Source: Candidatus Iainarchaeum sp. (GTDB taxonomy: Archaea; Iainarchaeota; Iainarchaeia; Iainarchaeales; CSSED10-239). Taken from it: a DNA stretch of 32,000 nt. Numbering within the stretch: the first letter of the stretch is position 1; each line of letters begins with the position of its first letter. A program made the position numbers and the translations under genes. Below the pieces are notes generated by a model. That model worked only from the letters and a program-made list of their open reading frames with translations, was not told where the DNA came from and did no database searches. The stretch spans positions 15,019 to 47,018 of the forward strand of contig PWLL01000051.1 of NCBI GenBank assembly GCA_003559395.1. Reading direction: 5' to 3'. Below, in pieces: positions 15,750 through 23,809 of this stretch.

Positions 15750-16385
15750 TTATTTTTTGTTCATTTCTAAAAGTCTATGTACGTCCCACACAGTGATGTT
15801 TGGAAAACGTCTTTGTAGTTCTTTTAAAGATTGATTTTTTGTGTTTATTTCAGAAATTTTTTGATGAGGATTTTTTCTAATTCTTCTTTCTGATATCACT
15901 TTTCTTTTTTTAATATCTTTTAGTAGATTTTTTATTTCATTATTTAAAAGTGTATTTTTATCAAATTTAGATTGTGGTTTTTTTCTTTTATTATATAACT
16001 GTTCTAATGTTATAATTTCTGCAATCTCTTTTTGTGGTAAATCTTTAAATCTAAAATTAGGGCCATATTTTTTAATAAATCTATCTTTTACTTTTTGAAA
16101 TTTTTTTCTATCTGTTAATTGTAAAAAAGTCATTACTTCTCTAACACTTATATTTGGTCTTTCTTTTACAAGACCTACAAGTTTTGAAAATTGATAAGAA
16201 GGATTTTGAATAAATGTTTTCATTAATTGTATGTGTGTTAGTTCTCCTTTTTTATAAGATTCATAAAGATGTGGGTTTTCTTTTTTTATGTGTTTTTCAA
16301 AAGAACTAGGCAGTTCTTTGTTTGCAACTTTTTTTTTTTGAGAAGGTGTTAATCTTCTTTTTAGTTCTGATGGTAGTTTTGGCAT
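15750..16385 (-). CDS. Highly basic hypothetical protein with two related HTH-like segments (putative nucleic-acid binding)
   Basis: Lys/Arg-rich, 211 aa. ERPNISVREVMTFLQL (mid-protein) and RRFPNITVWDVHRLLEM (C-terminus) are related and resemble HTH recognition helices. No family recognised. Confidence 0.5.
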   Translation of the reverse strand: MPKLPSELKRRLTPSQKKKVANKELPSSFEKHIKKENPHLYESYKKGELTHIQLMKTFIQNPSYQFSKLVGLVKERPNISVREVMTFLQLTDRKKFQKVKDRFIKKYGPNFRFKDLPQKEIAEIITLEQLYNKRKKPQSKFDKNTLLNNEIKNLLKDIKKRKVISERRIRKNPHQKISEINTKNQSLKELQRRFPNITVWDVHRLLEMNKK

Positions 16386-16519
16386 AAAAAATCATTTTTG
16401 TCCTAAGTATATATATGTTTAAAACCTTTAAAAATATATTCTTTAAAAAATAAAGAGTTGTTTTATAAAACTTTTCTAAGATAATATATATATAATAAAA
16501 ATTATTCTTTGTGATATAT

Positions 16520-18217
16520 ATGATGACCATGTTTTTTGAACTAGCACTTATTGTAGGAATTGCAACATTATTAGGTTTGTTAATGAAATTGCTAAGACAA
16601 CCAATAATTATTGGCTACATAATAGCAGGATTAGTAACAGGTCCTTATCTTTTAAACTTAGTCACATCCCCGCAAACTATAGAAATATTTTCTAGTATTG
16701 GTGTTGCTTTGTTGTTGTTTGTTGTAGGTCTTAATCTAAACCCAAAAACAATAAAAGAAGTAGGAAAAATATCATTAATAACAGGTCTTGGACAAGTTAT
16801 CTTTACATCAACTATTGGTTTTTTAATTTCTTTGGCTTTTGGATTTAATATTATTACGTCTTTATATATATCAATTGCATTAACCTTTAGTAGTACAATA
16901 ATAATAATGAAATTAATAACAGACAAAGGAGATGCAGACAGACTATATGGAAAAATATCTATTGGTTTTTTAATAGTTCAAGATATTGTTGCTATCTTAA
17001 TCTTGATGATGATATCATCTATGCAACAAGGGTCTTTATTTTCAATGGCTTTGTTAATAAAATTTGTTGTTGGCATGGGCTTAGTGTTATTAATATTCTT
17101 TTTAGGAATAACTCTACTTCCAAAAGTAACAAACTTTTTTGCAAAATCACAAGAACTATTGATGTTGTTTGCGATCAGTTGGGCGTTAATTCTTGCAGGC
17201 TTATTTTTTAAATTAGATTTTTCTATGGAAGTTGGTGCTTTTTTAGCAGGAATGACCTTATCAATGTCTTCTTATAGATTTGAGATTAGTTCAAAGATGA
17301 GACCATTAAGAGATTTCTTTATTGTTTTGTTTTTTATATTTTTAGGATATCAAATGGTTTTTGCAAATATTTTAAATTATATTTGGATTATTATTATTTA
17401 TTCTTTGTTTGTATTAATAGGAAATCCATTAATTGTTATGATATTAATGGGTAGATTTGGATATTCAAAGAAAGTAGGTTTTCAATCAGGACTTACTGTT
17501 GCACAGATTAGTGAGTTTTCTTTAATCTTAGTTGCTTTAGGAGTTAGAACAGGACACGTAACTATAGATGTTTTGTCATTAGTGACTGCCGTTGGTCTAA
17601 TTACAATGGCTGGGTCAAGTTACATGATTGTTTTTTCAGAAAAAATATATCCTAAGATACAAAAACAACTAAGTATTTTTGAAAAACCAAATAAAAAAGA
17701 AGAAATAGACGAATCCAAGCTAAAAGGAATCGAAGTTATTTTGTTTGGTTATGATAGAGCAGGATCTGATTTAGTAAAATATATGAAAGAAAAAAACATA
17801 AACTATCTTGTTGTTGACTACGATCCTACATTAATAAAAAGACTAGAAGAAAGAAACATAAACTGTATATATGGAGATGTTAACAATCAAGAATTTTTAG
17901 ATGAAATAAATTTTAATAAATGTAAAATGATTATATCAACAATAACAAGCTTTGATGCAAACATGTTGATATTAAGAAAAATAAAAAAAGTAAATTCAAA
18001 AATTGTGGCAATCGCAGTATCACACACAGTAGAATATACCTTTGAGCTTTATAAAGCAGGTGCGACCTATGTTGTTATGCCTCATCTTGTTGGAGGAAGA
18101 TATATTTCTAAACTGTTAGACAAACATAAATTTAATAGAAACAAATATATTGAAGAAAAATTTAATAACATAAGCGATTTAAGCTATAGAGAAGAAATAA
18201 GACACAAGTCTTATTGA
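16520..18217 (+). CDS. Monovalent cation:proton antiporter (CPA2/Kef-type) with a C-terminal RCK/TrkA-N domain
   Basis: ~12 TM helices of Na+/H+ exchanger type, then Rossmann-like VILFGYDRAGSDLVKYMKEKNINYLVVDYDP. ATG 16520 follows GTGAT; the track's GTG 16511 and ATGs at 16523/16529 are alternatives. Confidence 0.85.
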   Translation: MMTMFFELALIVGIATLLGLLMKLLRQPIIIGYIIAGLVTGPYLLNLVTSPQTIEIFSSIGVALLLFVVGLNLNPKTIKEVGKISLITGLGQVIFTSTIGFLISLAFGFNIITSLYISIALTFSSTIIIMKLITDKGDADRLYGKISIGFLIVQDIVAILILMMISSMQQGSLFSMALLIKFVVGMGLVLLIFFLGITLLPKVTNFFAKSQELLMLFAISWALILAGLFFKLDFSMEVGAFLAGMTLSMSSYRFEISSKMRPLRDFFIVLFFIFLGYQMVFANILNYIWIIIIYSLFVLIGNPLIVMILMGRFGYSKKVGFQSGLTVAQISEFSLILVALGVRTGHVTIDVLSLVTAVGLITMAGSSYMIVFSEKIYPKIQKQLSIFEKPNKKEEIDESKLKGIEVILFGYDRAGSDLVKYMKEKNINYLVVDYDPTLIKRLEERNINCIYGDVNNQEFLDEINFNKCKMIISTITSFDANMLILRKIKKVNSKIVAIAVSHTVEYTFELYKAGATYVVMPHLVGGRYISKLLDKHKFNRNKYIEEKFNNISDLSYREEIRHKSY

Positions 18218-18258
18218 TAGTATTTATATTTTTTTCTATATTTATATATTATTACAAA

Positions 18259-18332
18259 GCTCGAATAGTGTAGCCCGGTAATCACGTCAGACTCTCACTC
18301 TGATAACGGGGGTTCAAATCCCCCTTCGAGCA
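18259..18332 (+). tRNA. tRNA-Glu (anticodon CTC)
   Basis: Acceptor GCTCGAA/TTCGAGC. Anticodon stem TCAGA/TCTGA with loop CT-CTC-AC. T arm GGGGG-TTCAAAT-CCCCC. 74 nt. No encoded CCA. Confidence 0.9.
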
Positions 18333-18353
18333 AATACAAAAAAAGAGAACATA

Positions 18354-19790
18354 ATGAGTTTTAGAAGAACACAAAAACAGCAAAAAAAAGATCAACGATA
18401 TAATGTTATAGAAGGTGTTTATTGGGCTATAATGTTTTATCTTCTAACCTTGTTTTTAGTACCTTATGCTTTATATTTTGGTGCAACTCCATTTCAGATT
18501 GGTTTGTTAGAGTCTTTGCCTTTGTTTGTTGGTTCTTTATTTGGTTTATTATCATACAGTGTTTTGAAACATTTTAGATCTAAAAAACAGTTGTGTGTTA
18601 TTTTTTCTATATATCAAGTAATTCTTTGTGTTTTATTAGGTGTTTTTTATTTTTTTATAAGTCAAAATAAAGTTTTTGTAATTATTTTTCTATTTATTTT
18701 ATTTAATGTTTTTGATGTGATTACAAGAATAATTCATACAGACTGGATTGGAAAATTATTTGTTCTAAAAAGAATTGGTGCATATACTGCACAAAAACAA
18801 ATACTTTTACAAATGATTTCTATTATTCCAATTTTGTTATCAGGATATTTGTTAGATACGTTATTTGTTGGACAAAATGTGTTGATTGGATTTACGATCT
18901 TATTTATAATAGCTGCTTTATCTAGATTAATAGGTGCTCATTATCTTAACAAGATAAATGCTACAGAAACAAGAGAAGATATTAAAGAAGAAATAAAAGA
19001 ACATAAAATTTCATTAATAAAAGTTATTAAAAAAGATGTTTTACAAAATAAAGAATATAAGTTTTTTTTAATAGTTATTTTAATACTTTATTTTAGTATC
19101 TTTATGGCTTCACCATATTTTAAATATTATTTTTTAGAGTCTTTGGGTTTAAGTTATTTTTCTTTTGTTTTTTTACATGTTATTACTGTTGTTAGTACTG
19201 TTTTAAGTTTAAGATATTGGGGACAAATAAACGACAAATACGGTGCATCTAAAATATTAAAAGCAACAACTCTTTTCTTTCCATTATATACTTTGTTATT
19301 AATATTTTTTCACAGAAGTTTTTTACTTTTATGCTTGTTAAATTTTTTTGATGGTATGTTGGTTGGTGGCTTTGTAATTGCAATTAGAACCTATTTTTAT
19401 CAAAATACAAGAAAAGATTTAATCACTCATTTTTCTTTGTTTTCATTTGTTCAGGCATTAGGTGTTATTTTGGGTACTTTATTTGGGGGATATATTATTG
19501 TTAAAGCAAGTAATTTTTTTCTTCAAGAAATACATGCTCTTTGGTTTGTTTTTGCAATAGCTACTTTATTTAGAATTGTTGCTTTCTTTTATGTTCTAAA
19601 TATTAAAGAAAAATATCATAAAGATAAAAAAGCAAACTTAGCAAAAGATATTTTATTTTATGTACCAGTTAGAAAAGGGTTTAATAGATTTGGTAGATTG
19701 TTTATTAATTATGATAAATATTTGTTTTATAGAATGACAGCATTTAAAAAAAAAAATCTTACAAAAAACCAAAAAAATCAAGAAAAATAA
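18354..19790 (+). CDS. MFS-type transporter (about 12 TM helices)
   Basis: Two six-helix halves separated by a charged central loop (NATETREDIKEEIKEHK). Basic N- and C-termini. Substrate unknown. Confidence 0.65.
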   Translation: MSFRRTQKQQKKDQRYNVIEGVYWAIMFYLLTLFLVPYALYFGATPFQIGLLESLPLFVGSLFGLLSYSVLKHFRSKKQLCVIFSIYQVILCVLLGVFYFFISQNKVFVIIFLFILFNVFDVITRIIHTDWIGKLFVLKRIGAYTAQKQILLQMISIIPILLSGYLLDTLFVGQNVLIGFTILFIIAALSRLIGAHYLNKINATETREDIKEEIKEHKISLIKVIKKDVLQNKEYKFFLIVILILYFSIFMASPYFKYYFLESLGLSYFSFVFLHVITVVSTVLSLRYWGQINDKYGASKILKATTLFFPLYTLLLIFFHRSFLLLCLLNFFDGMLVGGFVIAIRTYFYQNTRKDLITHFSLFSFVQALGVILGTLFGGYIIVKASNFFLQEIHALWFVFAIATLFRIVAFFYVLNIKEKYHKDKKANLAKDILFYVPVRKGFNRFGRLFINYDKYLFYRMTAFKKKNLTKNQKNQEK

Positions 19791-19821
19791 TCAAAAACCA
19801 TGAAATTTAGGACAAAAAACA

Positions 19822-19862
19822 CACAAAAAAAGAAACCTTTATAAAGTTTTCTTATATTATAT
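19822..19862 (+). promoter_or_regulatory. Putative archaeal BRE/TATA promoter upstream of the RNA polymerase operon
   Basis: CAC-A7-GAAACCTTTATA, then TTATATTATAT 8 nt downstream. The same composite element occurs at 31800-31848. Purine-rich BRE-like stretch abutting TTTATA. Confidence 0.45.
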
Positions 19863-20068
19863 ATAGTTATATGCTCCTACTAATCTCTGCACAGATATGG
19901 TTCGTTTCTGTTATTTTTTATTTTTTATATCAAATAAGTAGTCATGAATCTGCAATTTTTTTATTTAAAAATAATATTTTAATTTGTGAGCATGATAATT
20001 AATCTAAAAATCTAAAAAAATATCTTCTTAAGATATAAAATATTTAAATAATAAATTAGGTGTTTATC

Positions 20069-20464
20069 TTGGTAAAAAAGAAATCTATAAAAGATCAAAA
20101 AAAATTAGAAGAATTAAAATCAAAGATAGAAAAACAACTTCCAGAAAAAAAAGAAATAGAAATAGAAAAACCAAAAAAGAAAACCAAAAAAGACAAATTA
20201 GAAAAATCAAAAGTTCGGAAAAAAAGAGATAGAAAAATAAAAGAGGAAATTATACACGAGTTTGTTCCAAAACACTCTTTACTAACAGAAGAAGAAAAAG
20301 AAGAACTATCTCAAAAACTAAATGTTGATAACTTAACACACATTCTAATTTCTGATCCAGGCATAAGACATCTAGAAGTAAAACCAGGATCAATAATAAA
20401 AATAAATAGAACTAATCCAAAAATTGGAGACGTTTTATATTATAGATTAGTTGTAAAAGGCTAA
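20069..20464 (+). CDS. rpoH: DNA-directed RNA polymerase subunit H (Rpo5) with a ~64-aa Lys/Glu-rich N-terminal extension
   Basis: The C-terminal 68 aa HEFVPKHSLLTEEEKEELSQKL...PGSIIKINRTNPKIGDVLYYRLVV match archaeal RpoH. No ATG lies in frame upstream of the domain. Start is TTG 20069 (6 nt after AGGTG) or the track's GTG 20060. Confidence 0.85.
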   Translation: MVKKKSIKDQKKLEELKSKIEKQLPEKKEIEIEKPKKKTKKDKLEKSKVRKKRDRKIKEEIIHEFVPKHSLLTEEEKEELSQKLNVDNLTHILISDPGIRHLEVKPGSIIKINRTNPKIGDVLYYRLVVKG

Positions 20465-20490
20465 TCATAAACAGAACAAAAGTGATTTTT

Positions 20491-21957
20491 ATGAAAAGTT
20501 TTGATAAATGGCCATTAGTTAAATCTTATTTTGAAATGGATTCTCCTATTCAACAACAAATAAACTCATTTGATCAGTTTATTTATGAAAAAATTCCAGA
20601 AATTGTAAAAGAATACGAAAAAATACAATGTAGTAATGATATTACTGTAGAACTATCAAATATAGAAATAACAAATCCACAAATAACAGAATCAGATAGA
20701 ACAACAAAACAAAAATTGTTGCCAATGGAAGCAAGATGTAGAGATTTAAGTTATTCAGGATCAATGCATCTTGATATTAAATTATATAGAAAAGGAATTT
20801 TGCAAGATGAAAAAAAAGCATATATAGGAGAAATACCAATATTAGTAAAATCAAAAAAATGTAACCTTTATAGACTTTCAGAAGAAGAACTTATAGATGT
20901 TGGAGAAGATCCAATGGATTTTGGAGGTTATTTGATTGTTAATGGTTCAGAAAAAATGCTAGTTACTCAAGAAGTATTATCTGTAGATAGAATACTAGTA
21001 CACGAAACAGATGCAAAAGTAGTTTCTTCAGAAGTATCATCTGTAAAAGGAGCCTTTAGAGGAAGAGTAAAAGTAACTGTAAATCCAGATGGTTTGTTTA
21101 CTGTTTTGTTTCCTGCATCTCCTAAAAAATTTTATTTGATTGAACTTTTAAACGCCCTAGGAATGACAAAAGAAAAAGATGTTCTAGAACAGTTTGAAGA
21201 TGAAAAAGTTATTCAAAACGAAGTTTTATTAAATCTAGAAAAAGTGCCATGTGTAAAAGAAGAAGAAGCACTAGATAAACTAGGAAGATCAGTTGCTCCA
21301 AGCCAAACAGATATCTATAGATTAAAAAGAGCAAGAGAAGTTTTAGATTCTTTCTTGTTACCACACATTGGACAGGATGAAAAAGATAGAAAGAAAAAAG
21401 CCTATTATCTTATAACAATGACAGAAAAAGCAATAGAAAAAGTATATAACTTAAGAAAAACTGCAGACAAAGACCACTATGCAAACAAAAGACTAGAACT
21501 AAGTGGAAGATTAATGGAAAATCTATTTAGATCTGCATTTAAAGCCTTTACTAAAGATTTAAAATTCCAAGTAGATAGAGCAATTTCAAGACACAGAAAA
21601 CTAAACATAAACACAATAATAAGACCAAACGCGATTACAGAAAAAATAATGTATTCAGTAAACACTGGTACCTGGGTTGGACAAGTAACAGGTGTTGCAA
21701 AATATATGACCCCCAGTAATTATTTGACAGGACTAACAGAACCAAGAAGAGTAAAATCTGCACTAGATAACTCAAGAGAACTTTATGAAGCACGAGATGT
21801 TCATGGAACACACTTTGGAAGACTATGTCCTATTGAGACACCAGATGGACCAAACTGTGGGTTAACTAGAAATCTTGCATTAATGGCAAGAATAACAACA
21901 GAAACAGATGCTGATTCTGTTATCGAGTTTTTAGAAAAAACTGATGTGAAGATATAG
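20491..21957 (+). CDS. rpoB2: DNA-directed RNA polymerase subunit B'' (N-terminal half of a split B subunit)
   Basis: Typical Rpo2 N-terminal blocks (LVKSKKCNL, GGYLIVNGSEKMLV, DKDHYANKRLELSG, HGTHFGRLCPIETPDGPNCGL). Ends where B' begins. ATG 20491 is preferred over the track's GTG 20482. Confidence 0.95.
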   Translation: MKSFDKWPLVKSYFEMDSPIQQQINSFDQFIYEKIPEIVKEYEKIQCSNDITVELSNIEITNPQITESDRTTKQKLLPMEARCRDLSYSGSMHLDIKLYRKGILQDEKKAYIGEIPILVKSKKCNLYRLSEEELIDVGEDPMDFGGYLIVNGSEKMLVTQEVLSVDRILVHETDAKVVSSEVSSVKGAFRGRVKVTVNPDGLFTVLFPASPKKFYLIELLNALGMTKEKDVLEQFEDEKVIQNEVLLNLEKVPCVKEEEALDKLGRSVAPSQTDIYRLKRAREVLDSFLLPHIGQDEKDRKKKAYYLITMTEKAIEKVYNLRKTADKDHYANKRLELSGRLMENLFRSAFKAFTKDLKFQVDRAISRHRKLNINTIIRPNAITEKIMYSVNTGTWVGQVTGVAKYMTPSNYLTGLTEPRRVKSALDNSRELYEARDVHGTHFGRLCPIETPDGPNCGLTRNLALMARITTETDADSVIEFLEKTDVKI

Positions 21958-21969
21958 ATGTGATTATTT

Positions 21970-23796
21970 ATGACTAAAAATACAAAAAAAACAAAAGTTT
22001 ATGTAAACGGTAGTCTTATTGGTTTTCATGATGATCCAGAAAAACTAAAAAAAGAATTTATGATAAAAAGAAGAGATGGAACTATTGATCCACAAATAAA
22101 TTTTTCATATTTTAAAGATACAAAAGAAATATTTATTAACACAGATAGTGGAAGAATACAAAGACCATTAATAATTGTAGAAAATGGAAAACCAAAACTA
22201 ACAGAAGAAAACATTGCCCAAATAAAAGAAGGAAAAATTGATTGGCATGATCTTATTGTTAAAGGAATTGTGGAATATATAGATGCAGAAGAAGAAGAAA
22301 ACATATATGTTGCTTTAGAAGAAGCAGATCTTACGCCAGAACATACACATCTTGAGATTTCTGGAACAGCAATTTTTAGCTTTGTTACAGCAATGATACC
22401 TTTTATAGAACACAACCTTGCAGGAAAAGCACTTCACGGAGCAAAACAATATAAGCAAGGAATTGGTTTGCCAGTTGCAAATTATAACCTTAGAATGGAT
22501 ACAGAACTACATGTTCTTTATTATCCACAAATACCACTTGTGAAAACAAGAGTAGACGATATAATAAAAATAGAAAAAAGACCACTTGTTCAAAATGCAG
22601 TGGTTGCAATTATGCCTTATGAAGGATTTAACATAATTGATGCGTATGTTTTTAATAAAGGAAGCGTTGATAGAGCCTTTGGAAGAAGTTCATACTATAG
22701 AGCATATAAAACTTTAGAAAGAAGATATCCTTCAGGACAAACAGACAAATTTACAATACCTACAGAAGACTGTATAGGACATAAAGGAGAAGAAGATTAT
22801 AAAAATCTTGATGAAACAGGAATAGTTAATATTGAAAGCTTTATTGATAAAGGCGGAGTAATTGTTGGAAAAACATCACCTCCAAGATTTGTTGAAGAAG
22901 TATCTGATTTTGGTGTTGTTTCTGAAGAAAGAAGAGATACGTCAGAGTGTATAAAAAAACACCTACATGGATATGTTGATAGACTTTTTATAACAGAAAT
23001 GACAGATGGAACCAAACTTGCAAAAATAAAAATCAGAACTCCTTTGATTCCAGAAACAGGAGACAAATTTTCTTCACATCATGCACAGAAAGGAGTGATT
23101 GGTGCAGTTGTTCCAGAAGAAGATATGCCGTTTACTTCAAGTGGAATGAAACCTGATATTATTTTAGGACCACACTCAATTCCATCCAGAATGACTCTTG
23201 GACAACTATTAGAAAGCGTAGCAGGAAAAGCTGTATCTTTAACAGGAGAACAAATAGACGGAACTGCATACTATAACGATAAAGAATATGTTTTTAAACA
23301 ATTAGAAGAATTTGGATTTAGATATGATGGAAAAGAAGTATTTTATTCAGGAAAAACAGGAGAAAAAATAGAAATGCCAATCTTTGTTGGACCTTTGGCT
23401 TATCAGAGACTAAACACACACCTTGCTATAAACAAAATACAAGCAAGAGATAAAGGACCTGTTCAATTATTAACCAGACAACCAACAGAAGGAAAACAAA
23501 AAGAAGGCGGACAAAAGTTTGGAGAGATGGAAGGTGAAGCCCTTGTCTCACATGGAACCGCAATGACACTTTATGAAAAACTGATGGATAGTTCAGATGA
23601 AATTTTCTTACTATTTTGTGAAGATTGTGGAATTCCTGCAACAAACGATAAAATAAGAAACAAGAAATTTTGTCCAATATGTAAAGGAGAAAACATAAGC
23701 TATATTAAAACAAGTTATGGATTTAAAGTTTTACTTTATGAACTAATCTCCATGGGAATATTCCCAAAGATACTAATTGGAGATAAGATAGATTAA
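21970..23796 (+). CDS. rpoB1: DNA-directed RNA polymerase subunit B' (C-terminal half of a split B subunit)
   Basis: GDKFSSHHAQKGV, PSRMTLGQLLE, RLNTHLAINKIQARDKGP, FGEMEGEAL, and a C-terminal zinc ribbon CEDCG...CPICK. Confidence 0.95.
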   Translation: MTKNTKKTKVYVNGSLIGFHDDPEKLKKEFMIKRRDGTIDPQINFSYFKDTKEIFINTDSGRIQRPLIIVENGKPKLTEENIAQIKEGKIDWHDLIVKGIVEYIDAEEEENIYVALEEADLTPEHTHLEISGTAIFSFVTAMIPFIEHNLAGKALHGAKQYKQGIGLPVANYNLRMDTELHVLYYPQIPLVKTRVDDIIKIEKRPLVQNAVVAIMPYEGFNIIDAYVFNKGSVDRAFGRSSYYRAYKTLERRYPSGQTDKFTIPTEDCIGHKGEEDYKNLDETGIVNIESFIDKGGVIVGKTSPPRFVEEVSDFGVVSEERRDTSECIKKHLHGYVDRLFITEMTDGTKLAKIKIRTPLIPETGDKFSSHHAQKGVIGAVVPEEDMPFTSSGMKPDIILGPHSIPSRMTLGQLLESVAGKAVSLTGEQIDGTAYYNDKEYVFKQLEEFGFRYDGKEVFYSGKTGEKIEMPIFVGPLAYQRLNTHLAINKIQARDKGPVQLLTRQPTEGKQKEGGQKFGEMEGEALVSHGTAMTLYEKLMDSSDEIFLLFCEDCGIPATNDKIRNKKFCPICKGENISYIKTSYGFKVLLYELISMGIFPKILIGDKID

Positions 23797-23809
23797 AAAG
23801 ATGGTTTTT

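Noticed and set aside
16306-16530. 74-aa minus-strand ORF across the divergent promoter region
   Set aside because: It overlaps the 5' end of the 15750-16385 gene in another frame and the Kef gene start. It is low complexity.
19808-19819. Recurrent GGACAAAA / TTAGGACAAAAA motif in spacers (10533, 16396 on the minus strand, 19810, 31579, 31602)
   Set aside because: The 8-mer also occurs inside coding regions (e.g. near 18870 and 23510). My rough base-composition estimate predicts several chance hits, so there is no consistent positional relationship to genes.
19871-19920. Possible short ncRNA (ATGCTCCTACTAATCTCTGCACAGATATGGTTCGTTTCTG followed by T-runs) downstream of the promoter-like element
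   Set aside because: I found no C/D-box (RUGAUGA...CUGA), tRNA-like or stable stem structure. It is kept only as part of the long-leader observation.
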